DNA of 64,000 nt from Candidatus Saccharimonadales bacterium (GTDB taxonomy: Bacteria; Patescibacteriota; Saccharimonadia; Saccharimonadales; 2-12-FULL-41-12), in contig JAYRJB010000007.1 in the NCBI GenBank assembly GCA_041906505.1, positions 18,964 to 82,963 on the forward strand. The letters run 5' to 3'. The translations under genes were made by a program, and so were the position numbers. This document shows positions 47,684-58,168 of the stretch, one piece after another. Numbering within the stretch: position 1 is the stretch's first letter; the number at the start of each line of letters is the position of its first letter. Below the pieces are notes generated by a model that did not search any database, was not told where the DNA came from, and saw nothing but the letters and a program-made list of their open reading frames with translations.

Positions 47684-48135
47684 AGCTTCAGATAACTCCG
47701 TTTTGCGGGTAATGAAATGTGTACCGATCGTTCATTTTCTTGCAGCGGCTGAAGCGAGACAACAATATGGGCACCTTGAAGTACCGGCGGCACATTCTGC
47801 GCCCATTCAAGTACTGCGACGCTGTGCTCATCTTCGGCTGCCTCTTCAATCTCATGGGCCATCAAAGAATCGTTCTGAATACGATAAAGATCAAAGTGAT
47901 GGAGCGAAAGCCTGCCCTTATATACATTGCGTAGTGTAAACGTTGGGCTACTTACTTCGTCTTTGGAGTCTAGGCCACGCGCGAGGCCGCGAACGAATGT
48001 TGTTTTGCCAGCTCCGAGATCACCAACCAACTCAATAACTTCGCCACCTTGAAGCAGCGAGCCAAATTTTTCCCCGAGCAGCTCAGTTTCTTCTGAACTT
48101 GCGGATTTGATTTCTGATATCTCCGCGGTACTCAT
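47680..48135 (-). CDS. tsaE: tRNA threonylcarbamoyladenosine biosynthesis ATPase TsaE
   Basis: GDLGAGKTTF, V.SPTF, HFDLYR, EW motifs. Confidence 0.95.
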   Translation of the reverse strand: MSTAEISEIKSASSEETELLGEKFGSLLQGGEVIELVGDLGAGKTTFVRGLARGLDSKDEVSSPTFTLRNVYKGRLSLHHFDLYRIQNDSLMAHEIEEAAEDEHSVAVLEWAQNVPPVLQGAHIVVSLQPLQENERSVHISLPAKRSYLKL

Positions 48136-49513
48136 ATACGCCATATAGTAGCGCGAGCGAACCCATAAAACCAAGCACCGCTGGATGTAGTGGTTGTCCC
48201 TCTACCAGAGCGGCGGCTTGGTTACTGGGATTCGGAGGTTTTGTAGTTTTTGGTTTTGAACTACTGGCTTTTTTGGCAGTCACAGTTTTTGCCGATGCAA
48301 CTTTTGGGGCTGAAGCTTTTTTTGTCGCAGCCTTTTTGGGCACCACTTTCACGGCACTTGAGACACCAAAAATGGGCGGGGCAACTACATTTTGAGTTGC
48401 TGGCGATGACACAGTAGACCACTGCCAGACATTATTGGTTATCTGCCAGCTTTGACCTTCGGGAGCGTCGCTATAGGCATCAGATGCGGCAATGCTTGCA
48501 CCGCTTGGATCAAAAAGCACTGCCCTGCCAGCAGCATTGGACAACACTAGGTCTGTATCTTTGCTATAAAGCACCAGATACGTCTTTGGCCCAATCGAAA
48601 GACCATTAAGATTTTGATGATACGTGAGGTTAGTTCCCGTTTTTAACACGTAGCCCGCAAGGTCGATTGTTTGGTCATTTGGGTTAAATAATTCTACAAA
48701 CTCATCGTTATCATCGGAGGCTGGCGCAGCTGGATTTGGTAGTAGTTCAGTTATTTGTAAGGGCAAGATTGCCACGACTGGCGGCGCTGGTGTTTCCGGC
48801 GCGGGAATCGGTTCTTCTGGAGGTGGCGTTTCAATCACCGGGTCGGTCGGTGGGTCGACCACTGGATCAACTGGAGGGGTAGTCTCTGGAGGGTCTTCAG
48901 CGGGCGGAATAACACTATCTGATATCGGATTTCCGTCAGCTTTTACAAAGTCGTTACTGTTTATGTCGGTATCTTGAAGGCTAACGCTGTCAATGCTTTT
49001 TCGGGTGAGAGTTTTTAGATTGCCTGGAGCCGGTGCAGCTACAGCTTCTGGTGATTTTGCTGTTCCCCAACCAACAAGATCATGCTGCGTAAGCGAACCT
49101 GCGGCTAGGTCACTACTGACCAGCCGCAAATGACCACCGCTATCAGCAAGTGGCTCGGAAAATGATTGATTGACTTGACCCGTGTAATACGTCGCTCTGC
49201 CAAGCAGATAGTGCTTCCGCGCACCAACCAGACCATTTAACGTCACCGACTGTGATGGCGATCCAAAATCATTATTCACACGACTTGCTGGGTGATATTC
49301 AAGCTTCCAATTGTTTATGTTTATTGTTTGGTCGCTATTATTATAGAGCTCGATAAATTCATCGTTGGCATTCACAATCCCACCGAGAGTCGAACCAGTT
49401 TGAATTTCGCTAATACGCATCCCCGCCTCGTTTGGGGTTGCTGAAGCGAGCTGTGGAGGCAAAAAAGCACACACGGCGATCAAGACGCAAGCGAGGTGAA
49501 ATATTTTTCTCAT
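48083..49513 (-). CDS. Secreted protein with two lamin-tail domains and a C-terminal TM anchor
   Basis: Signal peptide; ISEI...EFIELYN and ITEL.PNP...EFVELFN; Pro-rich linker; Lys/Ala-rich stalk. Confidence 0.87.
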   Translation of the reverse strand: MRKIFHLACVLIAVCAFLPPQLASATPNEAGMRISEIQTGSTLGGIVNANDEFIELYNNSDQTININNWKLEYHPASRVNNDFGSPSQSVTLNGLVGARKHYLLGRATYYTGQVNQSFSEPLADSGGHLRLVSSDLAAGSLTQHDLVGWGTAKSPEAVAAPAPGNLKTLTRKSIDSVSLQDTDINSNDFVKADGNPISDSVIPPAEDPPETTPPVDPVVDPPTDPVIETPPPEEPIPAPETPAPPVVAILPLQITELLPNPAAPASDDNDEFVELFNPNDQTIDLAGYVLKTGTNLTYHQNLNGLSIGPKTYLVLYSKDTDLVLSNAAGRAVLFDPSGASIAASDAYSDAPEGQSWQITNNVWQWSTVSSPATQNVVAPPIFGVSSAVKVVPKKAATKKASAPKVASAKTVTAKKASSSKPKTTKPPNPSNQAAALVEGQPLHPAVLGFMGSLALLYGVYEYRGDIRNQIRKFRRN

Positions 49514-49584
49514 TGTGAGTTGGACCGAATTGTATGCTTCTTATGTTTAGCCTGCAAGCACATTTTGTATAATATAGTTCGACC

Positions 49585-50109
49585 ATGCTAAAGCTATTCG
49601 AGTCAACCAAGGGTACGTATGTCCTGTCACTTCGAACAGGCGGGCCGATTGCTGTTGTTGGAGACCCAATAATTAACCCAAATAATTTGTTTATTGAGGG
49701 CTGGTATGTGCAGGATACCCGAACCAAAGAAGTTTTGATTCTTCTCAGCCAAGACATTCGAGAAGTATTGCCACAGGGTTTCGCTGTCAACGACCACGAA
49801 GTGCTAAGTTCAGAGGACGAGCTGGTACGACTAAAAGAACTCATCGGTATTGGCTTTGGATTAATTGGGCTTCGCGTTTCTTCAACGAGTGGAAAAAACT
49901 ACGGAAAAGTGACCGACTTTGCACTCGAGACTAATTCTTTTTACATCCAAAAACTCTATGCTTCACAACCCATTGTAAAAAACTTCTCTGGGGGCACACT
50001 CAGTATTGATCGAATGCAGATAATTGAAATCACCAATCGACGAGTTGTCATAGAAGAACCATCAGAAAAGGTGCGAGCACCGGCAGTGTCGCCTACGGTT
50101 GCGGCTTAA
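49585..50109 (+). CDS. PRC-barrel domain protein
   Basis: Two repeats: V.SL.TG..I..V.D.II.P and LIG.RV...SGK..GKV.D. Confidence 0.75.
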   Translation: MLKLFESTKGTYVLSLRTGGPIAVVGDPIINPNNLFIEGWYVQDTRTKEVLILLSQDIREVLPQGFAVNDHEVLSSEDELVRLKELIGIGFGLIGLRVSSTSGKNYGKVTDFALETNSFYIQKLYASQPIVKNFSGGTLSIDRMQIIEITNRRVVIEEPSEKVRAPAVSPTVAA

Positions 50110-50695
50110 GTGCATCTTTGATGTCGCCATAGCTATAACCCTGGCGGGACAAGTACGCAATAAGTTTTTTGTCATCTTGATACCTTGTTTGACGGCGTTT
50201 TCTTGTTATTTCCTCCTGCAACACATCTTTGTCGTTGGTGGTGTCAGATGATAGGACTTCGCTGATGATCTCATCCGAAATGCGCTTTGCTTTTAGTTCG
50301 GCAACGAGTTTACGACGGCTGGTAGGTTTAAGGAGTCGGCGATTTTCAACCCAAACGTATGCAAACTTGCTGTCATCAACATATCCGCGCTCACTTAACA
50401 TGTTAAGTATTAATTGAATTTTTTCATTTGTCACGCCTTTTCGACGCAAGTAAGTCGTTATTTCCCACTTACTTCGAGACCGGCGCGAAAGCAGCCGAAG
50501 TACAGCCGCGTAGTACTTTTCTGTAGTTGATTGCTCTTTATATTGAAGAATTTGCTCCTTTGATACATCTTGACCAACCCGAATGGTGGCGTGAATTAGG
50601 GTGAATTCACCAACTCCGAAGCTAAACTTTCCATCAACAAAAACAGAGTATCTTCCTTTGTCTTTGGACTGTTGTTTGATGGCGGTAATCTTCAT
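50093..50695 (-). CDS. recX: Regulatory protein RecX
   Basis: MKIT.I.QQ...RYS.F.DG, R.RS..E...YL..K, GYVDD..FA, YL.RQGY motifs. Confidence 0.9.
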   Translation of the reverse strand: MKITAIKQQSKDKGRYSVFVDGKFSFGVGEFTLIHATIRVGQDVSKEQILQYKEQSTTEKYYAAVLRLLSRRSRSKWEITTYLRRKGVTNEKIQLILNMLSERGYVDDSKFAYVWVENRRLLKPTSRRKLVAELKAKRISDEIISEVLSSDTTNDKDVLQEEITRKRRQTRYQDDKKLIAYLSRQGYSYGDIKDALKPQP

Positions 50696-51159
50696 AAAAG
50701 AGGCGCGATGATAATGATTGAGATGGTCGTTCCCCACAACAGTTCGATGTAAAGCCCCCTTTGGCGCTCGCCCCACTGAATGTTGCTATGAAATTTCGAA
50801 AACCAGCTTTTAGAAATTGCCACCTTCTCTGTTAGTTCCCGATATAATCGGTATCCCCAGACAAGATCGGGGCAAATCGCCGCAAACATGCACGCCCACA
50901 CTATCCATATATTCATAGCAAGACTTTGGGTAATCCATGGGGCAATCAGAAACAAAATGGCACAAATTGCTAAATCGAGGGTAGTCACCGTTCGAAAAAG
51001 ACTGGATGAATTACGAGTTTTGGGGTTTTTTGAAACCCCAAAATGTGGCAGCACATCAAGCGCAAAGTGCGAGGCAAAGGCAATGGGAATTGCCAGCAGC
51101 GGTTCGTCAATTACCGTCGCAATGAGTGCTCCAGTGAGGGCGTGATTAGTGGCCGTCAT
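50692..51159 (-). CDS. Membrane protein with a metal-dependent hydrolase (YdjM-like) His/Asp pattern
   Basis: N-terminal H.L.G, SHF.LD.LPH, PD, FH..IQ motifs; 4 TM helices. Confidence 0.65.
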   Translation of the reverse strand: MTATNHALTGALIATVIDEPLLAIPIAFASHFALDVLPHFGVSKNPKTRNSSSLFRTVTTLDLAICAILFLIAPWITQSLAMNIWIVWACMFAAICPDLVWGYRLYRELTEKVAISKSWFSKFHSNIQWGERQRGLYIELLWGTTISIIIIAPLL

Positions 51160-51457
51160 TTGAATATTTTGGGCGGGAAGCATTCTTTGCTTCCTTATGA
51201 ATAAACGCCTTTTCTAGGTCGATCTTGTGTCGGTTACAAAGATCTAGCAACAGCCAAAAAATGTCAGCCAACTCATCCTCAAGCTCACGTCTTTTCGAGT
51301 GATCACCTATCTTCATGCCATGCGTTCGGCGTATCGCTTTTGCCAACTCACCTACTTCTTCGGTTAAGAGCAAGAATACCTCCGGGATCGTTTCCTTGTC
51401 ATAGCCTCGTTCAACGACAAGTTTTGCAATGCGTGCTTGGTACTCTGGAAGTGTCAT
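51146..51457 (-). CDS. MazG-like nucleotide pyrophosphohydrolase
   Basis: L.EEVGEL.KA.R...L.DELAD all-alpha NTP pyrophosphatase motif. Confidence 0.9.
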   Translation of the reverse strand: MTLPEYQARIAKLVVERGYDKETIPEVFLLLTEEVGELAKAIRRTHGMKIGDHSKRRELEDELADIFWLLLDLCNRHKIDLEKAFIHKEAKNASRPKYSNDGH

Positions 51458-51461
51458 CTGA

Positions 51462-52487
51462 TTACTCGGTCACAACCGCCTTTTTAACTTTATCGGCAAT
51501 TTCTTTCATGGTTTTTGGGTTGGCCTCGAGATATTCTTTTGTCGCTTCTCTTCCCTGGCCAATTTTGCCCTCACCATACGCAAACCAAGCGCCGCTTTTT
51601 TCCACAATACCGTGTTCGACAGCTAGATCTAGAATGTCGCCCGACCGGCTAATTCCTTGGTTGTACATAATGTCAAATTCGGCTTGACGAAACGGCGGAG
51701 CGACCTTATTCTTTACGACCTTAACTCGAGTCCGATTGCCTACAACTTCCTCGCCAACTTTTATCTGAGATATCCGCCGAATATCCATTCGTACTGAAGA
51801 ATAGAATTTGAGGGCATTCCCGCCAGTCGTGGTCTCTGGATTACCGAACATCACACCAATCTTCATCCTAATTTGGTTAATGAAAATGATGGTGGTATTC
51901 GACCGACTGATGATGCCGGTAAGTTTTCGAAGCGCTTGGCTCATTAATCGAGCTTGAAGACCCATGTGAGAGTCACCCATGTCTCCTTCGATCTCTGCAC
52001 GGGGCACTAGTGCCGCAACTGAGTCAACGACAATAAGATCAACCGCGTTGCTTCTTACTAGCGTCTCGGTGATCTCGAGTGCTTGTTCGCCGTTGTCGGG
52101 CTGCGAAATGAGTAAGTTGTCAGTATCTACCCCCAACCGCTTTGCGTACGCGGGATCAAGCGCGTGTTCTGCGTCAATAAACGCGGCGGTGCCACCTTGT
52201 TTTTGTATTTCCGCGATGGCATGCAAGGTCAAGGTTGTTTTACCAGAACTTTCTGGTCCATAAATCTCAATAATTCGGCCTTTTGGTATCCCGCCACCAA
52301 GCGCAATATCAAGGCTTAAGCTGCCAGTTGAGACCGTCTCTACAGCCGTCTTATGAGCCTCGCCAAGCTTCATAATAGAGCCCTTGCCAAATTGTTTTTC
52401 TATAGTTTCTAGTGCCAGACCAAGAGCTTTGGTTTTACCTGCACTTTCTTCGCCACCTTTTTCTGTCCTTGCTGTCTTATCAGCCAC
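51462..52487 (-). CDS. recA: Recombinase A
   Basis: [32 protein letters not shown] motifs; likely GTG start after GGAGG. Confidence 0.99.
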   Translation of the reverse strand: MADKTARTEKGGEESAGKTKALGLALETIEKQFGKGSIMKLGEAHKTAVETVSTGSLSLDIALGGGIPKGRIIEIYGPESSGKTTLTLHAIAEIQKQGGTAAFIDAEHALDPAYAKRLGVDTDNLLISQPDNGEQALEITETLVRSNAVDLIVVDSVAALVPRAEIEGDMGDSHMGLQARLMSQALRKLTGIISRSNTTIIFINQIRMKIGVMFGNPETTTGGNALKFYSSVRMDIRRISQIKVGEEVVGNRTRVKVVKNKVAPPFRQAEFDIMYNQGISRSGDILDLAVEHGIVEKSGAWFAYGEGKIGQGREATKEYLEANPKTMKEIADKVKKAVVTE

Positions 52488-52596
52488 ACGCACCTCCAAT
52501 GTGAGAATATTATTAGGCTATGCGGCTAGTATAGCACTCGGTTCTCATATATTTACGCTTGTGCTTATTTGATTTACACTACTAAACTAAGTGGTT

Positions 52597-53181
52597 ATGA
52601 AAAAATTAGAACTTCTCGGCAAAAAAGGTTTTACGCTCATAGAATTACTGATGATAATTACCCTTATTGGCATACTCTCGGGCATTACCTACTCTGTCGC
52701 AGTGCCTAGATGGCGAGAGCGAACCTATTATACCCGCAGCGTTGCTGAGATGTCGTCAATTGCAAACGGCATGAAGTTGTACGTTGCAAAATACAACGAC
52801 TTCCCTCCAGACGCCAGTCGTAATCTCCCGTCTGGTATTCAAGAATTTGTGCAGGGCCAAGAAGCAAAAGATGACTGGCCCTCAGCGCCGTTTCCAGGCA
52901 GTGTGTATGACTGGGATAATTGGCCACCAGACGGTAATGGTCCTTTGCAAACTTACCAAATAAGCATCCGCTTTTGTGGCGTTGGCGATGACGCAACGTG
53001 CAAGAAAATGGCCAAGAAATATCTGGCAGGCAGAACATCCGACACAATACTCAACAGCTGGGATAGCTACAGCGCCATGTATTACTGCGTAAAAGGTTCT
53101 TGTCGTTCACATCAGAGCAAGCCCATAAACCACCCCGGTTTTTGCATCAATTGCGGATCTAGTCAGTCACAGATCTACTAG
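52597..53181 (+). CDS. Type IV pilin-like protein (Cys-rich C-terminus)
   Basis: KKG|FTLIELL class III signal; six Cys in the C-terminal domain. Confidence 0.9.
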   Translation: MKKLELLGKKGFTLIELLMIITLIGILSGITYSVAVPRWRERTYYTRSVAEMSSIANGMKLYVAKYNDFPPDASRNLPSGIQEFVQGQEAKDDWPSAPFPGSVYDWDNWPPDGNGPLQTYQISIRFCGVGDDATCKKMAKKYLAGRTSDTILNSWDSYSAMYYCVKGSCRSHQSKPINHPGFCINCGSSQSQIY

Positions 53182-53247
53182 CAGGCGCTAAGAAGTCACA
53201 GCACTCGACATCACGCTTGTGTTTTTCATGTATACTACATAATAACT

Positions 53248-55065
53248 ATGCGTATTTCAGATGGCCTGGTGGAGCAATTACTTCGAGATGCAAATAAAGT
53301 CGATGAAGCACAGCTAACGTCCCTCCGAGAGCAAGAAAAAACCGAAAAAAAGCCGCTTCAAGATATCGTTATCAAGAACAATTTGATAAGCGAAAAAGAT
53401 TTGACCAAGCTGTATTCGAAGGAAATTGACGTTCCTTATATTGAGCTCAACGCCAAAGAACTAAAAAGGGAAATTTTGCGATTAGTTCCAGAGCGAATTG
53501 CAAAACAGTACAAAGTGGTCCTATTTGGGGTTGAAGATGATGGCTCAAAATTGTTGGCCATGGAAGACCCCGATGACATTCAAGCACTTAATTTTCTACA
53601 AAAGCAGCTGGGGTCCAAAATTAAAGTACACGTTGCGACGAGCTCAAATATTTCTCAAGCACTCGATCAATATCGAGAAAATGTCAGCAGTGAACTCACG
53701 AAGGTTCTTAGTCCAGAAGAGAGCGAAAATGAGGGAGACGATGAAGACATTAGCGAAGAGGATCTGGCCGAAGACTCACCAATTGCCCAAACCGTAAATC
53801 TAATAATTGAATATGCCGTTCGCGCGGGAGCAAGTGACATTCACATCGAACCCAGAGATGACTACATTGTTGTTCGGTATCGGATTGACGGCATTCTTAA
53901 AGAGGCCAATAAATTACCAAAGAAAGTTCATGGGGCACTCGTAAGTCGCATAAAGATTCTTAGTAATTTAAAGATTGATGAGCGTCGTTCACCCCAAGAT
54001 GGTCGCTTTAAGATTCAGATTGGTAGCGGAATCTATGCGCTGCGCGTCTCTACGCTCCCGATAACTGACGGCGAAAAAGTAGTAATGCGTATCTTAAGCG
54101 AATCGAGCAAAGCCGCCACGCTCGATGAACTTGGATTTTGGGGGTCAGCACTAAACACAATCAACGATGCGATTATACAGCCGCACGGCATGATTTTGGT
54201 CACAGGACCAACAGGATCTGGGAAATCAACTACACTTTTTAGCATTCTAAGCTTACTCAACAAACCGAGTGTAAATATTTCAACAATCGAAGATCCGGTT
54301 GAATACAAAATCCCTGGCGCAAATCAGACACAAGTAAACCCCAAGGCCAACATGACTTTTGCAGCCGGTCTGCGCGCCCTGCTGAGACAAGATCCTAACA
54401 TCATTATGGTTGGCGAGATTAGGGACGGCGAGACGTCCGCACTTGGGGTTCAAGCAGCGCTCACAGGTCACCTTGTATTTGCAACTCTCCACACCAATAA
54501 TGCTGCGACTTGTCTGCCGCGCTTACTCGATATGGGTATTGAGCCATTTTTGATTGCTAGCACAGTTCGCGCGGTGGTTGGTCAAAGATTAGTCCGCAGA
54601 CTATGTGTCGATTGCCGAGAGCCCCATGCTCCAGATGAAGCAACCTTAAAACAAATTGCAAAAATTTTTCACACTGATGATGCGAAGTATATGAAGTTTA
54701 TTCATGGACTCGAAAAAGAGGCGCTGGATGCAGGAATTGGTAAGTCAAACACCAGCAAAGTAAACAAAAACTCGCCCGAAGCACTCGGAACCAGTGACGC
54801 AAAAATATTAAAAATCTGGAAGGCCAAAGACAAGGGCTGCGAATCTTGTAACCACACCGGCTATAAAGGGCGAATTGGCATCTACGAAGTTCTTGGCAAT
54901 TCCGAAAAGGTTCAACATCTTATAGTAGCCAATTCAACCAGTGATGAGATACAATCACAAGCAATAACCGACGGGATGCTTACCATGCAGCTTGACGGAT
55001 TTATTAAAGCCCTTCGCGGACAAACAAGCATTGAAGAAATTCTTCGCGTCACATCAGAGAGTTAG
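53248..55065 (+). CDS. pilB: Type IV pilus assembly ATPase (PilB/GspE)
   Basis: ASDIHIEP, PQDGR, GPTGSGKST, TIEDPVEY, LRQDP, TGHLV..TLH, two CxxC. Confidence 0.96.
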   Translation: MRISDGLVEQLLRDANKVDEAQLTSLREQEKTEKKPLQDIVIKNNLISEKDLTKLYSKEIDVPYIELNAKELKREILRLVPERIAKQYKVVLFGVEDDGSKLLAMEDPDDIQALNFLQKQLGSKIKVHVATSSNISQALDQYRENVSSELTKVLSPEESENEGDDEDISEEDLAEDSPIAQTVNLIIEYAVRAGASDIHIEPRDDYIVVRYRIDGILKEANKLPKKVHGALVSRIKILSNLKIDERRSPQDGRFKIQIGSGIYALRVSTLPITDGEKVVMRILSESSKAATLDELGFWGSALNTINDAIIQPHGMILVTGPTGSGKSTTLFSILSLLNKPSVNISTIEDPVEYKIPGANQTQVNPKANMTFAAGLRALLRQDPNIIMVGEIRDGETSALGVQAALTGHLVFATLHTNNAATCLPRLLDMGIEPFLIASTVRAVVGQRLVRRLCVDCREPHAPDEATLKQIAKIFHTDDAKYMKFIHGLEKEALDAGIGKSNTSKVNKNSPEALGTSDAKILKIWKAKDKGCESCNHTGYKGRIGIYEVLGNSEKVQHLIVANSTSDEIQSQAITDGMLTMQLDGFIKALRGQTSIEEILRVTSES

Positions 55066-55073
55066 AAAAACAC

Positions 55074-56288
55074 ATGGCACAATTTAGCTTTACTGCTACA
55101 AAAAACGGAAAAAAGTTTAATGGCACCCTCGAGGCAACCAGCAAGGATGCGGTACTAGAAGCGCTCCACAAACAAGGAATGCAGCCTTTAGTTGTAAAGC
55201 TTACGAGTGCAAAAAATGACGGAAAACATCGCCGGGGAAGAGTAAAGCAAAAAGATCTCGTTGTATTTACGCGCCAGCTTTCGACAATGATATCCGCTGG
55301 TGTGCCGCTCACGCGGTCAATGACCACCCTACAACAACAAGCCGACAACAAATATTTTAAAGAGGTTATCAGCGGGGTGACGAAAGACATCGAGGGCGGA
55401 GTTTCTTTGGCTGATTCGCTTGCGAAATACCCAAGAGTATTCAGTGATGTATATGTCAACATGGTGCGAGCAGGAGAGGCTGGCGGTATACTCGACGAAA
55501 TCTTGAAACGACTTGCAGAACAAGTAGAAAAAGATGCAACTATTCGAAAAAAAATAAAAAGCGCCTCAGCTTATCCAACAGTAATTTTTGGAGTAACCAT
55601 TATTGCTTTTTTTGGAATTATGATTGTTGTAATTCCCAAACTCGGAAAAATCATCAAAGACTTGGGTGGGCCGGACGCAAAGCTTCCTGTATATACCCAG
55701 GCGATGCTTAATTTGAGCAATTTTATGCAAAAAAATGCCATCTTTCTCATTATCGGAGCAGTGGTGACGGTCGTTCTTGTCCGTCGCTACATACGAACAC
55801 CAAACGGAAAATATAAGTTTCATGCGCTTTTACTACGAACCCCCATCATAAAGACCATTATTACGAAGATCGCGATCGCTCGGTTTGCGCGAACGTTTGC
55901 TTCGCTTATGTCGGCTGGGGTTGGTGTGCTTGATGCCTTGGAAGTAACGGGAGGTGCCATTGGCAACAAAGTTATAGAAGCAGAATTAAAAGACGCTGCC
56001 AAGCAAGTCAAAAACGGAAAACAACTTTCTGAGCCGTTGTCGAAAAGTGCCCACTTCCCACCTATTATTGCCCAGATGTTGGCAATTGGCGAAGAAACTG
56101 GCCAAATAGACACCATACTCGTGAAAGTCGCAGACTTTTACGAAGAAGAGGTAGATGCGGTCATCGACGGAGTAAGTGCGCTCATTGAGCCGTTAATGAT
56201 TATTGTGCTTGGCAGTATTGTTGGACTGATTGCTGCAAGCGTTATGGGACCAATCGCAAGCTTGAGCCAGAATGTGAGTGGCGGTTAA
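55074..56288 (+). CDS. pilC: Type IV pilus inner-membrane platform protein (PilC/GspF)
   Basis: FTRQL..M..AG.P, AGE.GG.L, GEETG, EP motifs. Confidence 0.95.
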   Translation: MAQFSFTATKNGKKFNGTLEATSKDAVLEALHKQGMQPLVVKLTSAKNDGKHRRGRVKQKDLVVFTRQLSTMISAGVPLTRSMTTLQQQADNKYFKEVISGVTKDIEGGVSLADSLAKYPRVFSDVYVNMVRAGEAGGILDEILKRLAEQVEKDATIRKKIKSASAYPTVIFGVTIIAFFGIMIVVIPKLGKIIKDLGGPDAKLPVYTQAMLNLSNFMQKNAIFLIIGAVVTVVLVRRYIRTPNGKYKFHALLLRTPIIKTIITKIAIARFARTFASLMSAGVGVLDALEVTGGAIGNKVIEAELKDAAKQVKNGKQLSEPLSKSAHFPPIIAQMLAIGEETGQIDTILVKVADFYEEEVDAVIDGVSALIEPLMIIVLGSIVGLIAASVMGPIASLSQNVSGG

Positions 56289-56447
56289 GGACCACGTCCT
56301 CTTAAAAAATGAGCACAAAGTGCTTGACCTCTTAGAGCTAATGCTTAATAATCAGTTCTCAGATACTTATCTATCTCTTAAAGCATTAGTGAAGAGTAGA
56401 AAGATCGTAATGTTACAAAACAAATTAAACAAGGAGGGTGGGTCCTT

Positions 56448-56897
56448 ATGATCTCACTAAAACGTAAAGATAGCGGTTTTACCATCGTCGAGCTCTTGAT
56501 TGTGATCGTCGTGATTGGTATTTTGGCTGCTTTAGTAGTAACAACATTTAGCGGTATTCAGAAGAAGGCCCGTGATAGCGAGCGCCAAACTGACATTAAC
56601 GCGCTGCATGGACAAGTTGAGGCATACTATGCGCAAAATGGTAAGTATCCAACACTTGCGAACCTCAACGACACTACGTGGGTTTCAGCAAATCTAAAGG
56701 GACTTGATCCCGCTGCCTTAAAGGATCCTCGTGGTACAGGCAGCACGCTGGCTGCAACAGCAGCATCGGGCACCTATTCATACGCAGTAACGCCTGCTGG
56801 TTGTGATAACGGTACCGGTGGCGATTGTACAGGCTATACACTGACTGCAACAAACGAAGGTTCACCTGCGACATACGTCAAAACAAGCTTGAACTAG
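56448..56897 (+). CDS. Major type IV pilin candidate
   Basis: G|FTIVELLIVIVVIGILAA; strong AAGGAGG RBS, own leader and terminator; C-terminal Cys pair. Confidence 0.93.
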   Translation: MISLKRKDSGFTIVELLIVIVVIGILAALVVTTFSGIQKKARDSERQTDINALHGQVEAYYAQNGKYPTLANLNDTTWVSANLKGLDPAALKDPRGTGSTLAATAASGTYSYAVTPAGCDNGTGGDCTGYTLTATNEGSPATYVKTSLN

Positions 56898-56926
56898 ATT
56901 GTAGTATCTACACTAAAGTTTTAATC

Positions 56927-56956
56927 AAAACCCTAGGCAAATAGCCTAGGGTTTTT
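56927..56956 (+). terminator. Intrinsic terminator after the major pilin
   Basis: AAAACCCTAGGC-aaata-GCCTAGGGTTTTT. Confidence 0.88.
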
Positions 56957-57011
56957 AATAGATCAAAGCTAGTGCTTATTGCACAATAAAGCGATATACT
57001 AAACCATAAGC

Positions 57012-57434
57012 ATGGGTGTGAAAATAGAAACTGAAGATGGTTTTTCTGTAGTTGAATTACTTATAACTCTCATAATTATTGGTATTTTCTTTGGTTCGTT
57101 TACGCTAGCTTTTACCTCAATCCAAGGAATAAACAAAAAAGCCAATGATGTTATCGATGCAAATCAAATCGCATTTTCTAAAATGCAGGAATATGAAAAC
57201 AAATCCTTTACTTCAATAACCACTACCACACCTATTGGTAGCCTGGTAGAAGTCGAAAATTTCAGCAGCAGCCTTCCCACCAAGCTTGAAGCGCCACGAA
57301 CGGGAAAGGTATATGTTAATACTCTCTCTCCTACCCTAAAACAGGTTATTATCACGGTTGAATTTGGAAGCGGCAGCGCCATTCGCCGCGTACAGTACGG
57401 TAATTTTATTCAAGCTCAAGGAATAGGCAGATGA
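57012..57434 (+). CDS. Minor pilin (PilV-like)
   Basis: DG|FSVVELL class III signal. Confidence 0.85.
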   Translation: MGVKIETEDGFSVVELLITLIIIGIFFGSFTLAFTSIQGINKKANDVIDANQIAFSKMQEYENKSFTSITTTTPIGSLVEVENFSSSLPTKLEAPRTGKVYVNTLSPTLKQVIITVEFGSGSAIRRVQYGNFIQAQGIGR

Positions 57435-58168
57435 AGCTGTCTCGATTCAATCAGTCCACCAAAGGCTTTACGCTCATAGAGGTTTTGGTGATCTCACCAG
57501 TCGTAATGATTACAGTTATCCTTACTATGAGTTATCTATTTAACCAGTACGGTGAGCTCACGAAGCAAGGAACCCAAATTATATTAAAAACCCAAGCCCA
57601 GACTATTTCGTTTAGCATGCAAGACGATGTATTCTTCTCAACTAGTTTCGCTAGCGATAAAAACGACAACCTAGTAGATGCCTACGCACCGTCTGGTGGC
57701 TGGAAAAGCAACACAAATCCACCTACACTTATACTGTCGTCCGTGGCCCTCACCCAAAGTCGAAAAAATGCCTCAAGAAGCCCGGTCTATATTAATACTC
57801 TCGGCTGCTCACCAGACGATGTGAAGGCTCAGAACGACGAGCTTCAAAATAACATTATTTATTTTGTGAATGGTACAAATCTTTACAAGCGCATATTGAC
57901 CGCGCCGAGTAGTCTGTCGACGTGTGGCACGAGCTACCAAAAGCAAAGCTGCCCAGAGCCGAACGCCACTGCCGCCTGCCCCAAAGACATACTTCTCACT
58001 GACAAATTGAGTAGTTTTGGCGTCACCTACTATGACGTCAACAACGCTGTGACAACCACTCCAGAGCTGGCTGAAAAAATAAAGGTTGACCTCACACTCC
58101 AAGACAAGGCTGACGCCGAAGACATCACAGCCTCGAGTAGCTTAGTTCTAAAGAAGTTAAACGAATGA
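57431..58168 (+). CDS. Minor pilin (PilW-like)
   Basis: KG|FTLIEVL class III signal; Cys pairs. Confidence 0.85.
   Translation: MKLSRFNQSTKGFTLIEVLVISPVVMITVILTMSYLFNQYGELTKQGTQIILKTQAQTISFSMQDDVFFSTSFASDKNDNLVDAYAPSGGWKSNTNPPTLILSSVALTQSRKNASRSPVYINTLGCSPDDVKAQNDELQNNIIYFVNGTNLYKRILTAPSSLSTCGTSYQKQSCPEPNATAACPKDILLTDKLSSFGVTYYDVNNAVTTTPELAEKIKVDLTLQDKADAEDITASSSLVLKKLNE

Noticed and set aside
48780-48910. Tandem DNA repeats in Pro-rich linkers (also 5960-6005, 7490-7700)
   Set aside because: Low-complexity protein linkers without exact nucleotide periodicity
52500-52560. LexA/SOS box upstream of recA
   Set aside because: No clean GAAC-N4-GTTC or CTGT-N8-ACAG; only a loose TGAGAA...TTCTCA inverted pair
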